Shown here: positions 1 through 11,069 of the stretch, piece after piece | Position numbering within the stretch: position 1 is the first letter of the stretch | How the letters are laid out: the number at the start of each line of letters is the position of its first letter | Origin: an uncultured Pelagibacteraceae bacterium | GTDB lineage: Bacteria; Pseudomonadota; Alphaproteobacteria; Pelagibacterales; Pelagibacteraceae | Assembly (NCBI GenBank): GCA_902618855.1 | Contig: CACNCD010000005.1 | Coordinates: forward strand, 23,907 to 87,906 | Reading direction: 5' to 3' | DNA length: 64,000 nucleotides | Made by a program: the position numbers and the translations under genes | The notes under the pieces: generated by a model | What the model saw: the letters and a program-made list of their open reading frames with translations, nothing else | The model's database searches: none | What the model was told of the DNA's origin: nothing

Positions 1-105
1 ATCTAAAATTAATATTTTAAAATTTCTATATTTTTCTAAATTTTTTAAAAGTTTTTTTGGGGTTTTATAAAGTAACAAAATAACAGATATATCTTTATTA
101 TTCAT
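1..105 (-). CDS. Partial (N-terminal 35 aa) probable family 2 glycosyltransferase, runs off the window
   Basis: Manual translation from ATG at 105: MNNKDISVILLLYKTPKKLLKNLEKYRNFKILILD, resembling the GT-A/GT2 N-terminus (xISVIxxxY...IxIxD); lies directly downstream of a GT4 gene. Confidence 0.55.
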   Translation of the reverse strand, partial: MNNKDISVILLLYKTPKKLLKNLEKYRNFKILILD

Positions 106-116
106 ACTAAAAATTT

Positions 117-1379
117 TTATTTATATAGATTATAAATTTCATTTATTTTATCAAATTCTTCATCTTCAGATATAATTTTAGTTTCAAAAATATTTTTTCT
201 TAATTTATTCGCAAATTCTTTGTTATTTAAAATTTTCTCCACAGATAACACTAAATCTTCGAAACAGTTTTTTTCAAGGATTATTCCATTTTCATTATTT
301 TTAATTATATCATTTGCACCAAAGAAATTTGATACCACAGGTATAACATTGAAACTTAGATACTCTCTTATAATTGTACCATATGTCTCAAACAGTGAGG
401 GTAGAATTCCTATATCAGCCCAAGAAAGTACACTTTTAATTTCATTATGATTAAAATGATCAAAAAATTCAATATTTTCAAATTTTCCTAATTTTGATTT
501 TTGAATTTTATTTTTATCTCCGTAAATTCTTAATTTAATTTTATTTGGATATTTTCTTAATAATTTATCAAATGATTTTTCGACTATCTCCCAGCCTTTT
601 CTATATGCATATCCACCAGTATAAATAATATTAAAGGTCTCCTTACTACTTTTTTTATTAATGATTTTATTTATTTTAATGCCGTGTGGAATTACTGAAT
701 AAGGTTTTGTTGCTTTTGCGTGAGTAAAAAAATAATCAGCAAATGATTTTGAAGGAAAAATCAAATGATTATATATATTATCTATATGTGAATTTGCAAT
801 TCTAACTCTATCTTTCAATTTAATTTTTAACATTTGAAGATTTTTCTTTTTTTCATTTAATAAAAAAGATTTTACTCTTTTTAAAAATTTATAATTTTTA
901 AATATATTTTCAGAAATACAGTCACTACATATGTCGGCATTTAATTTAAAGTTACAGAGACTATTATCTTTTTTTTTATAAATTGGATGAACAAAATAAC
1001 AAAAGTCTTCGAAAGCGCAGTAATGTCTTATTATTGGAACCTTTAAATTTGAAATTGAGTATAAAAACTGAGAGTCAAAATGTAACCAATCGATAATATG
1101 AATTAAATCTGGCTTAAATGGTAATTTTAAATCTTCATCAATTATATTTTTTTTTTCATTGAAGCCATTTAATCTCCATTCTGTTATTGAAGGTATTGAA
1201 TAGTATAAAATATCGTTTTTTTTTAAAATTTTATAAAAATTTTCTTTATTATTTGTTGGTGTTACAACACATACATTAAAATTTTTACTCTTAGCAAGTA
1301 AAGCATATTGATTAGCTATTATTGGAGTTCCAGCGTTTAAGTTCCATGAGTTAGCCTGAACTATGTAAATTATATTCAT
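117..1379 (-). CDS. Glycosyltransferase family 4 (GT-B fold)
   Basis: C-terminal GT4 motifs: IPHGI, YTGGYAYRKG, DIGILPSLFETYGTIIREYL, PVVSNFFGANDII, NGIIL. Confidence 0.85.
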   Translation of the reverse strand: MNIIYIVQANSWNLNAGTPIIANQYALLAKSKNFNVCVVTPTNNKENFYKILKKNDILYYSIPSITEWRLNGFNEKKNIIDEDLKLPFKPDLIHIIDWLHFDSQFLYSISNLKVPIIRHYCAFEDFCYFVHPIYKKKDNSLCNFKLNADICSDCISENIFKNYKFLKRVKSFLLNEKKKNLQMLKIKLKDRVRIANSHIDNIYNHLIFPSKSFADYFFTHAKATKPYSVIPHGIKINKIINKKSSKETFNIIYTGGYAYRKGWEIVEKSFDKLLRKYPNKIKLRIYGDKNKIQKSKLGKFENIEFFDHFNHNEIKSVLSWADIGILPSLFETYGTIIREYLSFNVIPVVSNFFGANDIIKNNENGIILEKNCFEDLVLSVEKILNNKEFANKLRKNIFETKIISEDEEFDKINEIYNLYK

Positions 1380-1452
1380 GACTTAATTATATAAATATAG
1401 AAAAAACACTAAAAATGATATTTATATTTGTATAGCTATACCCTGTTGATTG

Positions 1453-1547
1453 TGGCGGAAGGAGAGGGATTCGAACCCTCGGTACACCTTTTCAAGCGTA
1501 CGGCGGTTTAGCAAACCGCTGGTTTAAACCAGCTCACCCATCCTTCC
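1453..1547 (-). tRNA. tRNA-Ser(GCT)
   Basis: GGAAGGATGGGTGAGCTGG...GCGGT-TTGCTAA-ACCGC, long variable arm, GGGTTCGAATCCC, encoded 3' CCA. Confidence 0.97.
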
Positions 1548-1563
1548 TTATTTAGGTGTGTAA

Positions 1564-1602
1564 CTTGAAATCATTGAATATTCAATACTAATCAAGTAAT
1601 TT
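1564..1602. promoter_or_regulatory. Palindromic divergent promoter region between tRNA-Ser and soxB
   Basis: Perfect palindrome ATTGAATATTCAAT (1573-1586) flanked by CTTGA/TCAAG; plus strand TTGAAT-N17-TAATTT, minus strand TTGAAT-N17-TACACA. Confidence 0.5.
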
Positions 1603-1612
1603 CACTCAAAAA

Positions 1613-2866
1613 ATGAAAAATAAATATTCGATATTTTCACTTATAAAAAATGCTTTAAGTAACCATGAAAATTGGCAAAGAGCATGGAGAGATCCTGAGC
1701 CAAAAAAAGAATACGATGCAATTATTGTCGGTGGAGGAGGCCATGGTTTAGCTACAGCTTATTATTTAGCAAAAAAACATGGTATGACAAATATAGCTGT
1801 TGTTGAAAAAGGTTGGATTGGTGGTGGCAATACTGGTCGTAATACTACAATTATTAGATCTAACTATTTATGGGATGCAAGCGCAGGATTGTATGATCAT
1901 GCTTTAAAAATATGGGAGAACTTATCCCAAGAATTAAATTATAACGTGATGTTTAGTCAAAGAGGAGTCATGAACCTAGCTCATAATCTTCAAGATGTGA
2001 GAGATCTTAAAAGAAGAACTCATGCAAATAGATTAAATGGAATAGACGCTGTATGGTTAAATACAGAAGAAGTTAAAAAGTTTTGCCCAATTATAAATAC
2101 TTCACCCAATATCAGGTATCCTGTTTTAGGTGGAACACTTCAAAGAAGAGCTGGAACAGCAAGACATGATGCTGTTGCTTGGGGTTATGCTCGCGGAGCT
2201 GATGCTATGGGTGTTGATATAATTCAAAATTGTGAGGTAAAAGGTATTAAAAGAAATGGTGATCGAGTCGAAGGAATTGAAACAAACAAGGGTTTCATCA
2301 AAACAAAAAAAATTGGGGTCGTTGCGGCAGGTCATTCAAGTGTTATAGCAAACATGGCTGGAATTAAATTACCATTAGAAAGTAAACCTCTACAAGCTCT
2401 TGTGTCTGAACCGGTAAAACCAATTATAGATACTGTAGTAATGTCAAATGCAGTTCATGCTTATGTAAGTCAATCTGATAAAGGAGAATTAGTTATCGGA
2501 GCTGGAACCGATGCTTATATTTCGTACACGCAGAGAGGAAGTCATGATGTGATTGAAGGAACTTTAAAAGCAATATTGGAACTGTACCCTATTTTTAGTA
2601 GAATGAAAATGTTAAGACAATGGGGAGGTATTGTTGACATATGCCCAGACGCTAGTCCTATAATAAGCAAAACAAATATTAAAGGTTTATATTTTAATTG
2701 TGGTTGGGGAACAGGAGGTTTTAAAGCAACACCTGGATCTGGTGATCTTTTTGCTCATACTATCGCAAACGATGAACCTCATAAATTAAATGCAGCTTTT
2801 AATTTAAATAGATTTGTTAGCGGTGATCTAGTTGATGAACATGGAGCAGCTGCTGTTGCGCACTAA
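1613..2866 (+). CDS. soxB: Sarcosine oxidase subunit beta
   Basis: [17 protein letters not shown] motif, [41 protein letters not shown]-terminal EHGAAAVAH. Confidence 0.96.
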   Translation: MKNKYSIFSLIKNALSNHENWQRAWRDPEPKKEYDAIIVGGGGHGLATAYYLAKKHGMTNIAVVEKGWIGGGNTGRNTTIIRSNYLWDASAGLYDHALKIWENLSQELNYNVMFSQRGVMNLAHNLQDVRDLKRRTHANRLNGIDAVWLNTEEVKKFCPIINTSPNIRYPVLGGTLQRRAGTARHDAVAWGYARGADAMGVDIIQNCEVKGIKRNGDRVEGIETNKGFIKTKKIGVVAAGHSSVIANMAGIKLPLESKPLQALVSEPVKPIIDTVVMSNAVHAYVSQSDKGELVIGAGTDAYISYTQRGSHDVIEGTLKAILELYPIFSRMKMLRQWGGIVDICPDASPIISKTNIKGLYFNCGWGTGGFKATPGSGDLFAHTIANDEPHKLNAAFNLNRFVSGDLVDEHGAAAVAH

Positions 2867-3141
2867 TGTTTATAATTAATTGTCCATATTGCGGAGAAAG
2901 AGATCAATCAGAGTTTTCCTGTGGTGGCGAAGCTCATATAGAAAGACCTAAACAACCCACAGAATTAAGTGATGATCAATGGGCTGAATATTTGTTTATG
3001 AGAAAAAATATAAAAGGCATACAATTTGAGAGATGGAACCATGCACATGGATGCAGAAAATGGTTTAATGTTGTTAGAGATACATCTAATGATAAAATTC
3101 ACGCAGTATATAAAATGGGAGAAAGACCTCCTCTAAAATAG
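2866..3141 (+). CDS. soxD: Sarcosine oxidase subunit delta
   Basis: CPYCGER...EF..GGEAHI.RP...W.H..GCRKWFN..RDT Zn-binding signature; TAATG overlap with soxB. Confidence 0.95.
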   Translation: MFIINCPYCGERDQSEFSCGGEAHIERPKQPTELSDDQWAEYLFMRKNIKGIQFERWNHAHGCRKWFNVVRDTSNDKIHAVYKMGERPPLK

Positions 3142-3143
3142 TT

Positions 3144-6100
3144 ATGTCAAAAAATTTACGTATAAATAAAAATAATTTCATTGATCAAACTATAAGAATA
3201 TCATTTAAATTTAACGGTCAAAAACTCTTTGGTTTTAAGGGAGATACTCTTGCTTCTGCTTTATTAGCCAATGATATACATCTAGTTGGAAGAAGTTTTA
3301 AATACCATAGACCAAGAGGAATTATGACATGTGGTTCAGAGGAACCAAATGCAATTGTACAAATAGGCAATGATCCCTCATCAACAGAGCCAAACGTTAG
3401 AGCTACTGAAATTGAACTTTATGAAGGATTAGAGGCATATAGTCAAAATTGTTGGCCTAGTGTTAATTTCGATATAGGAGGAATAAATAATTTTTTATCC
3501 CCTCTCCTTCCTGCGGGTTTTTATTATAAAACTTTTATGTGGCCAGCAAGTTTTTGGGAAAAATATGAATTTTTTATCAGACATTCCGCAGGGCTTGGAA
3601 AATCACCTACAAAGCCAGATACTGATTTATATGATCATCAATATGCTCATTGCGATGTTTTAATTATTGGAGGAGGAATTTCAGGAATTTTATCTGCTAA
3701 ATTGGCAGCTGAAAAAGGCTTAAACACAATACTAATAGATGATAAAAATTGTTTAGGCGGATCTACTATTTATCAAGAAGATGATTGTTTTAAAATAAAT
3801 AATGATTACTCAAACAAATGGCTTAAAAAAGAAATAGACAATTTTAAAAATTATCCAAATTTACTTATAAAAAAAAGAACAAGTCTTGCAGCGTTTCATG
3901 GGTATAATTATTTACTAGCGAAAGAAAATTTAACAGATCATTTGGGTGCAAACGAAAGAAAAAATAAAATTAGACAAAGACTTTGGAAAATAAGAGCAAA
4001 AAAAGTGGTTATTGCAACAGGATCTATTGAAAGACCATTAATATTTAATAACAACGATAGACCTGGAATTCTATTAAGCTCCTCTATAAAAAAATATATT
4101 GATTTTTTTGGAGTGAAAAATGGAAACGAAATTTCTCTGTTTACAAATAATGATAGCGCCTATGAAACTGCTATATCGTTAAACAAAAGTGGAGTTAAAG
4201 TAAATACAATTATAGATATTAGAGAAAATTCCACTTCCTCTTTAGTTAAAAAAATTCAAAAGATTGGTATAAATATTTTATGGGGCCATACTATAGTCAA
4301 TACCAATGGATACAAAAGAATAAAATCTATAAATGTTCAGAAATTATCAGCGAATGGTGAAAGTGTAGTTGGAAAAAGAATAAAAATTAATTGTGACTGC
4401 TTAGGTATGTCAGGTGGATGGACACCTATGGTACATTTATTTACACAGTCTGGTGGAAAATTAAAATTTAAAGATAAAGATTATATTTTTATACCAGATA
4501 TGAATAAATCACCTTCAGATCAAATTAGTGTTGGGTCCTGTAATGGAAATTTCGAATTAGATGATTTGATAAGTAATACCATTAAAAATATCAAAATTTT
4601 TTTAGACTTAGATAAAACTATTTATGATAATTTAAATGTGGTTTGTTCAAAAGAATCTGAAAAAAGAAATATATGGTTGTTACCATCAGATAAGCCGCTT
4701 TCCAAAACAAAACCTTTTCTAGATTTCCAAAATGACTCAACTGCAAAAGATGTTAAATTAGCTCTTAGAGAGGGTTTTAAATCTATTGAACACGTTAAAA
4801 GATATACAACGACAGGCATGGGTACTGATCAAGGGAAATTATCAAACATGCATGCTTTAGGAATTATTGCAGACACAACTGGAACAAATATGGGTGATCT
4901 AGGAACAACAACTTTTAGACCACCTTTTACCCCTCTTACATTTGGATCAATTGTAGGGAGAAATGTTGGTGAATTTTTTGATCATACAAGAAAAACTGCA
5001 ATACATGATTGGCATGTTGAAAATAATGCTAAATTTGAAAATGTTGGTCAGTGGAAGAGAGCTTGGTACTTTCCTAAAAATAATGAAACAATGTTTCAAG
5101 CTGTACAAAGAGAAAGTAAAGCAGCTAGAGATGGCGCAGGCATTCTTGATGCCTCAACCTTAGGAAAAATTGATATTCAAGGCACTGATGCTTCTGAATT
5201 TTTAAATAGAGTATATACAAACGCTTGGTCAAAACTTGCCATAGGAAAATGCCGCTATGGACTTATGCTAAATGAAGATGGAATGGTTTATGATGATGGA
5301 GTTACAACTAGACTTGGTGAAAATCATTATATTATGACAACAACAACAGGAGGAGCAGCTAACGTGCTATCGAAACTTGAAGATTACCTTCAAACAGAGT
5401 GGCCTGAATTAGATGTATATTTGACAACTGTTACAGATCAATACTCAACCATAAGTATTTGTGGCCCAAGATCAAAAAATATTGTGAAAAAAATTATTCC
5501 TGATTTAGATCTGTCTGATGTAAATTTTCCACATATGTCATTTAAAAATTCTAAAATAGATAATGTTAATTGTAGAATTATGAGAATAAGTTTTACTGGC
5601 GAGCACAGTTATGAAATTAATATTCAATCTAATTATGCGAAAGATGTTTGGATAAAATGTATGGAGGCTGGAAAAGAGTTTAATATAACGCCTTATGGAA
5701 CTGAGACTATGCACCTTTTGAGAGCTGAAAAAGGTTTTATAATTACAGGTCAAGATACAGATGGAACGCTAACACCTTCAGATTTACAAATGGACTGGAT
5801 TATTGGAAAAAAGAAATATGATTTTATTGGAAAAAGATCTCTTTATAGAAGCGACACCATTAGAGAAGATAGAAAGCAATTAGTTGGACTTTTAACTGAA
5901 GATCCCTTGGAAGTTCTAGAGGAAGGCGCTCAATTAGTAGAGGATATAAATAAAAAACCTGTTGAAATGCTTGGGCATGTAACTTCAAGCTATTTTAGTC
6001 CAAATTTAAAAAAATCAATTGCTCTTGCTGTTGTAAGAAGTGGAAAGAAGTTGAAAGGAAAAAGGCTTATTGTGCCAATGGAAAATAAAAACATCAACGT

Positions 6101-6155
6101 AACTATAACAGATACTGTATTTTATGATAAAGAGAATAAGAGGTTGAATGCTTAA
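3144..6155 (+). CDS. soxA: Sarcosine oxidase subunit alpha
   Basis: GDTLASALLAN, RSFKYHRPRG, KRYTTTGMGTDQGK, C-terminal GcvT-like folate-binding domain; 1003 aa. Confidence 0.96.
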   Translation: MSKNLRINKNNFIDQTIRISFKFNGQKLFGFKGDTLASALLANDIHLVGRSFKYHRPRGIMTCGSEEPNAIVQIGNDPSSTEPNVRATEIELYEGLEAYSQNCWPSVNFDIGGINNFLSPLLPAGFYYKTFMWPASFWEKYEFFIRHSAGLGKSPTKPDTDLYDHQYAHCDVLIIGGGISGILSAKLAAEKGLNTILIDDKNCLGGSTIYQEDDCFKINNDYSNKWLKKEIDNFKNYPNLLIKKRTSLAAFHGYNYLLAKENLTDHLGANERKNKIRQRLWKIRAKKVVIATGSIERPLIFNNNDRPGILLSSSIKKYIDFFGVKNGNEISLFTNNDSAYETAISLNKSGVKVNTIIDIRENSTSSLVKKIQKIGINILWGHTIVNTNGYKRIKSINVQKLSANGESVVGKRIKINCDCLGMSGGWTPMVHLFTQSGGKLKFKDKDYIFIPDMNKSPSDQISVGSCNGNFELDDLISNTIKNIKIFLDLDKTIYDNLNVVCSKESEKRNIWLLPSDKPLSKTKPFLDFQNDSTAKDVKLALREGFKSIEHVKRYTTTGMGTDQGKLSNMHALGIIADTTGTNMGDLGTTTFRPPFTPLTFGSIVGRNVGEFFDHTRKTAIHDWHVENNAKFENVGQWKRAWYFPKNNETMFQAVQRESKAARDGAGILDASTLGKIDIQGTDASEFLNRVYTNAWSKLAIGKCRYGLMLNEDGMVYDDGVTTRLGENHYIMTTTTGGAANVLSKLEDYLQTEWPELDVYLTTVTDQYSTISICGPRSKNIVKKIIPDLDLSDVNFPHMSFKNSKIDNVNCRIMRISFTGEHSYEINIQSNYAKDVWIKCMEAGKEFNITPYGTETMHLLRAEKGFIITGQDTDGTLTPSDLQMDWIIGKKKYDFIGKRSLYRSDTIREDRKQLVGLLTEDPLEVLEEGAQLVEDINKKPVEMLGHVTSSYFSPNLKKSIALAVVRSGKKLKGKRLIVPMENKNINVTITDTVFYDKENKRLNA

Positions 6156-6711
6156 TTTTAATTCAACTATTAAACAGAAAAAAACATATAGTGATATAAA
6201 AATTGAAGAGATTGAACCAATAATAAAAATAAATTTAAGAAGTAAAAAAAGAGAATTTTCAAAAAAAATTGGAAAGATTCTATCTATCTTACCCCCAACT
6301 GAAGCGAACACCTCATCTGGTAATGAAGATTATAATTTACTCTGGTTAAGTCCAGATGAATGGTTGGTTTACTCAAATAATAAAAATCAATCTTTAAAAG
6401 AACAAATAGATATGGAGGATAAATTGTTTGATGAAATTTCTAAATTAAACCAAGGTGCTGTAACTAACGTATCAGATCATTGGGTAATGATTAATTTTAA
6501 AGGTCACAAAATTTATGATTTATTATCAAAAAGTTGTCCTTTTAATTTTAATGAATTTAAAAGAAAAAAAGGCTCTGTAGCTCAAACCTTAGTCAATCAT
6601 GTAGATGTTATATTGCATAATAAATATGATAATGAATTAAATTTATTTGTAAGAAGATCTTTTTCAGAAGATCTATGGTTATGGATTAACGACAGTGCTA
6701 GATTTATATAG
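6148..6711 (+). CDS. soxG: Sarcosine oxidase subunit gamma
   Basis: LWLSPDEWL, VTNVSD, VRRSF..LW.W motifs; position after soxA. Confidence 0.92.
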   Translation: MLNFNSTIKQKKTYSDIKIEEIEPIIKINLRSKKREFSKKIGKILSILPPTEANTSSGNEDYNLLWLSPDEWLVYSNNKNQSLKEQIDMEDKLFDEISKLNQGAVTNVSDHWVMINFKGHKIYDLLSKSCPFNFNEFKRKKGSVAQTLVNHVDVILHNKYDNELNLFVRRSFSEDLWLWINDSARFI

Positions 6712-8034
6712 CTTGTTATTAAGATAATAGTTCACAACAATAAGTAAAATAATTGATACAAGCCATTGAAAAATTACCCATAACCAAAAGAAATTATCGT
6801 AATCAACGCTTAAATACTTAGCTAGATAAAATACAACTATAGGTACCAAAACATTTCTAGCTATATTGTTTAACATCGCGTTTTCAGATTTTTTAAGAGC
6901 CATAAAAAAACCATTGGTAAGAAAAAAGAAAGGATAAGCTGGTAAAACAAATGCAGATATTTTCAAATATCTTTTTCCATAATCTATTACTTCAAAATTA
7001 TCTGAAAAAAATTTAGGTATAATGTTTGCTGTTAAAAATATTATAACACCCGATATAACCATTATAAAAAAAGAATATTTAATTGCTGTAAAATATGTTT
7101 CTTTAATTCTATCGTATTTTTTAGCTCCATAGTTTTGTGCGATAATAGATATTAATGCAGTGTTAATGCCAAGGATAGGTAAAAGGACGACCTGCTCTAT
7201 TCTGGTTGCTGCCCCGTATCCTGCAGTCGCAAATTCATTAGTCATGCCAACGTAAGTAAAAATAATTGCAGCTGCTACTGAATAACCGCAAATTGCTATA
7301 GTTATTGGCATTGATTGAAAAAAAATATTTATTAAATAATTCAGTTTTGGATATAAAAAATCTTTTGTTAAACTTTTTAGTCTCTTATTTTGCAAAATTT
7401 TTAAAAAAATAATTATAAAAGATATTAGTTGAGCAACAATTGTTGACACTCCAATTCCAGCAACACCAAGCGCTGGTATAAATAAAAAACCAAATATGAA
7501 GATTGGATTTAATATAATATTTAAAATAAATGACAAAATTAAAACATTTCTATATGTTTTTGTATCACCTTCGGCATGTAATAAAGAATTCAAAGCAACA
7601 ACTAAAATAAATAAAAAAGATCCAGAAAAAATTATATTAGTATACTCAAGACCCAAGTTTGTTACTATTTCTGTAGAGCCCATTAAATAGTAAATTTTTT
7701 TAGAAAAAATCAATCCTAATAATGTAATAACAATTGAAATTAAAAATCCGAAATAAATCGTATTAATAAAATAACTTAAAACTTTTTTTTTATTATTCTC
7801 TCCTATGCTGTTACCAATTAAAGCTGTTCCTGCAACTGTAACACCTATACATGTTGCAATAATAATAAAATAAATTGGAAAAGACTTAGATAATGCAGAT
7901 AATGCTTCTGGTGAAATTTTACCTGCATAGAAAGTATCAACAATATTATAGAGTGTTTGAAAAAGTGTTCCAACGCTAGCAGGAATTGCCAATTTTTTTA
8001 CAAGATCAGGTATATTGTCTTTTAGTAAATTCAT
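6679..8034 (-). CDS. MATE family efflux transporter
   Basis: LAIP...QTLYNIVDTFYAG, GDTKT, LNIILNPIFIFG...LGVAGIG; about 12 hydrophobic segments. Confidence 0.9.
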   Translation of the reverse strand: MNLLKDNIPDLVKKLAIPASVGTLFQTLYNIVDTFYAGKISPEALSALSKSFPIYFIIIATCIGVTVAGTALIGNSIGENNKKKVLSYFINTIYFGFLISIVITLLGLIFSKKIYYLMGSTEIVTNLGLEYTNIIFSGSFLFILVVALNSLLHAEGDTKTYRNVLILSFILNIILNPIFIFGFLFIPALGVAGIGVSTIVAQLISFIIIFLKILQNKRLKSLTKDFLYPKLNYLINIFFQSMPITIAICGYSVAAAIIFTYVGMTNEFATAGYGAATRIEQVVLLPILGINTALISIIAQNYGAKKYDRIKETYFTAIKYSFFIMVISGVIIFLTANIIPKFFSDNFEVIDYGKRYLKISAFVLPAYPFFFLTNGFFMALKKSENAMLNNIARNVLVPIVVFYLAKYLSVDYDNFFWLWVIFQWLVSIILLIVVNYYLNNKLYKSSTVVNP

Positions 8035-8050
8035 TTATGGAAAAAAGTTT

Positions 8051-8950
8051 TTAATATTCTTTTTGGAAGATATGTCTCTTCTTGCTCTTTTTTGCAAGAT
8101 TAATTTGTTTTTGTCTCATTCTAAATCTATCTTTTTGAATATTCGTCAAGATATCGTGACATCTTGGACAAGAAACACCCTCCTCATATTTTATAGACTT
8201 TTTATCTTTGGTTGAAATCGGTTTTCTACAACCACTACACATAGAAAACGATCCCTTGTCTAATTCATGTTTAACACTAATTCTATTGTCGAAAACAAAA
8301 CATTCACCCTTCCACAGGCTGTCCTTTTTTTTTATTGTTTTTAAGTAGTTTAAAATTCCTCCTTTAAGTTGATAAACATTTTTAAATCCTCTTTTTTCTA
8401 AAAAAAAAGAGGCTTTTTCACATCTAATGCCGCCCGTACAAAACATTGCAACAGGTTTATTTTTATTTAACTTTTTTAAAAACTTTGGAAACTCTCTAAA
8501 GTTATTTATATTTGGATTTATAGAGTTTTTAAATGTACCTACTTCATGCTCAAATGGCTTTCTTACATCAATCAAAGTCGTATTTTCATCAGAAATAATT
8601 TTATTCCATTTTTTTGGGTTTATTTGACCATTAAGATTTCTTTTATTAATATTTATTCCCATTGGAACTAATTCCTTTTTAATTTTTACTTTACACTTAT
8701 GAAAAGGTTGAAATTTATTTAAAGAAAAATTCTCACTATCAAAATTTAAAAAATTAAAAACCTTTTTAATTTTTTTAATTCCCAAATTTAGATTATTTTT
8801 TTTTCCAGAAATTGTTCCATTAATGCCCTCATTCGACAAAATAATCGTTCCACGAATTTCATTTTTAATAAAAAAAATATTTAAAATTTTCTTATTTTTT
8901 TTTATCTCTTTAATTTTTTTAAATTTATAAAACCCAAAAATATAAAACAT
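8051..8950 (-). CDS. trhO: Rhodanese-domain tRNA uridine(34) hydroxylase (YceA/TrhO family)
   Basis: FYKF, GTIILSNEGINGTISG, EHEVGTF, MFCTGGIRCEKAS, YQLKGGILNYL, WKGECFVFDNR, C-terminal Cys cluster. Confidence 0.88.
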   Translation of the reverse strand: MFYIFGFYKFKKIKEIKKNKKILNIFFIKNEIRGTIILSNEGINGTISGKKNNLNLGIKKIKKVFNFLNFDSENFSLNKFQPFHKCKVKIKKELVPMGININKRNLNGQINPKKWNKIISDENTTLIDVRKPFEHEVGTFKNSINPNINNFREFPKFLKKLNKNKPVAMFCTGGIRCEKASFFLEKRGFKNVYQLKGGILNYLKTIKKKDSLWKGECFVFDNRISVKHELDKGSFSMCSGCRKPISTKDKKSIKYEEGVSCPRCHDILTNIQKDRFRMRQKQINLAKKSKKRHIFQKEY

Positions 8951-9606
8951 TATAATTTTCTACAGATTGTTAAGCCGTCGCCAATAGGCATCATAACTTT
9001 TTCGGTCTTTTTGTCTTTTTTAATATAAGAATTAAAATCTCTTATAAATGTTGTTATTTTATCATTTTTATTTTTCTTAACAACATCTCCATACCATAAA
9101 ACATTATCAATAATTATTAATCCATTTTTTTTAATCAGATCGATGCTATGGTCATAATAATTTTTATAATTTTCTTTATCGGCATCTATAAATATAAGAT
9201 CGAATTTTTTACCCTCTTTTTTTAAAATTTTTATACTTTCTAGAGCTGGTTTGACTATTAACTTTATTTTATTTTCTTGATTTGCTTTTTTAATATAATT
9301 GAAAGCAACATCCGATGTTTTTTTGTTTTTGTCCAAGGCTATTAATTCTCCATCATCTGGTAAAGCTTGTAACATTGATACGGTACTTAATCCGGTAAAA
9401 GTTCCAATTTCTAAAATTTTTTTTATATTACATGTTTTAATCAATAAATGTAGAAAATGACATTGGCTTTCCGAAATTTGCATTTTTTTAATTTCACCAA
9501 GACTTTTATTATAGGAAATAATTTCTTTCTGAATTGGACTCAAATTTAAAGAATTATCACTAATATATTTTTCTATATCATTTGTAATTTGTAAATTTTT
9601 ACCCAT
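8950..9606 (-). CDS. Class I SAM-dependent O-methyltransferase (caffeoyl-CoA OMT / YrrM-TrmR-like family)
   Basis: MQIS..Q..FL, ILEIGTFTGLS, FDLIFIDADKENY, IIIDNVLWYG. Confidence 0.88.
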   Translation of the reverse strand: MGKNLQITNDIEKYISDNSLNLSPIQKEIISYNKSLGEIKKMQISESQCHFLHLLIKTCNIKKILEIGTFTGLSTVSMLQALPDDGELIALDKNKKTSDVAFNYIKKANQENKIKLIVKPALESIKILKKEGKKFDLIFIDADKENYKNYYDHSIDLIKKNGLIIIDNVLWYGDVVKKNKNDKITTFIRDFNSYIKKDKKTEKVMMPIGDGLTICRKL

Positions 9607-9611
9607 TTAGG

Positions 9612-11069
9612 CTAAAGTTTTTTCTTTAAGATATCATTGACCATTTTTGGATTCGCTTTACCTGATGAGGCTTTCATTACTTGACCAACAAAAAAACCAA
9701 AAAGTTTATCTTTTCCAGATTTATATTTTTGTACATTGTCTGGATTATCTAAAATCACTTTATCTATAATTTTTTCTAATTCTTTTGGATCGCTTTGTTG
9801 TTTAAGACCTTTTTCTTCAACGATTTTCTTTGGATCCTTGTCTCCTTTTGACATTTCTACAAATAATGTTTTAGCGATTTTTCCCGATATAGTTCCATCT
9901 GAAATTAAGTTAATTAATTTTGATAAATTTTCTGGACTTATTGGACTTTGATCGATTTCAATATTTTTTTCATTAAGTAATGCAAATAATTCACCAGTAA
10001 TCCAGTTTGCAGATAATTTAACATCAGAGTTTTTAATTACTTTTTCAAAATATTTTGACGTTTCTAAATCTGAAACTAGTATTGTCGCCTCATAAGGAGA
10101 AAGTTTAAATTTTTCAATAAAACGATCTTTTTTTTGATCTGGAAGCTCAGGTATTTCGCTTTTAATATCCTCTATAAATTGATCATCAAACTCTAAAGGC
10201 AATAGGTCTGGATCAGGAAAGTATCTATAATCATGAGCATCCTCTTTTGATCTCATTGATCTTGTTTGATTTTTTTTAGTATCAAAAAGTCTGGTTTCCT
10301 GATCAATTATACCGCCTTCCTCTAATAATTCGGCTTGTCTATTTGCTTCATACTCGATAGCCATTTGCATAAATTTGATTGAATTAACATTTTTAATTTC
10401 GCAACGTGTACCAAATTTATCACTGCCAAGTTTTCTCACCGACACGTTAACATCTGCTCTTAATGAACCTTCTTGCATATTTCCATCACATGTACCTAAA
10501 TATCTCATTATTGATCTTAATTTCTTTATATATAAGTTGACCTCTTCAGGTGATCTAAGGTCTGGTTTGCTAACAATTTCCATAAGAGCTACACCAGATC
10601 TATTTAAATCAACTAAAGTGCTACTAGGGTCTATATCATGTATACTTTTTCCAGCATCTTGTTCCAAATGCAGTCTTTCAATTCCGATAGTCTTGGGACC
10701 TGAGGGTAAGTCTAGAACAATTGATCCTTCACCAACAATTGGATCTTTGTATTGGGAAATTTGATAACCCTGAGGTAGATCAGCATAAAAATAATTTTTG
10801 CGATCAAAAATTGATTTTTTATTAATCTTAGCATTTAAACCAATGCCTGTTTTAACAGCTTGCCTGATACAAAACTCATTTATTACAGGTAGCATTCCAG
10901 GAAACGCAGCATCAACTAAACTTACTTGAGTATTTGGCTCAGATCCAAATTTTGTTGCTGAATTTGAAAATAATTTTGAGTTTGAAAGCACTTGAGCATG
11001 TACTTCTAATCCAATTACTACTTCATAATTATTTCCATTTTTCTCTATCAAGTATTGATCTTTTTTCAC
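9612..11069 (-). CDS. gatB: Asp/Glu-tRNA amidotransferase subunit B
   Basis: [46 protein letters not shown]; GTG start. Confidence 0.98.
   Translation of the reverse strand: MKKDQYLIEKNGNNYEVVIGLEVHAQVLSNSKLFSNSATKFGSEPNTQVSLVDAAFPGMLPVINEFCIRQAVKTGIGLNAKINKKSIFDRKNYFYADLPQGYQISQYKDPIVGEGSIVLDLPSGPKTIGIERLHLEQDAGKSIHDIDPSSTLVDLNRSGVALMEIVSKPDLRSPEEVNLYIKKLRSIMRYLGTCDGNMQEGSLRADVNVSVRKLGSDKFGTRCEIKNVNSIKFMQMAIEYEANRQAELLEEGGIIDQETRLFDTKKNQTRSMRSKEDAHDYRYFPDPDLLPLEFDDQFIEDIKSEIPELPDQKKDRFIEKFKLSPYEATILVSDLETSKYFEKVIKNSDVKLSANWITGELFALLNEKNIEIDQSPISPENLSKLINLISDGTISGKIAKTLFVEMSKGDKDPKKIVEEKGLKQQSDPKELEKIIDKVILDNPDNVQKYKSGKDKLFGFFVGQVMKASSGKANPKMVNDILKKKL

Noticed and set aside
1430-1441. Perfect 12-bp palindrome GTATAGCTATAC just downstream of tRNA-Ser
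   Set aside because: Short, loopless and without a U-tract; plausible by chance in AT-rich DNA and no function can be supported.
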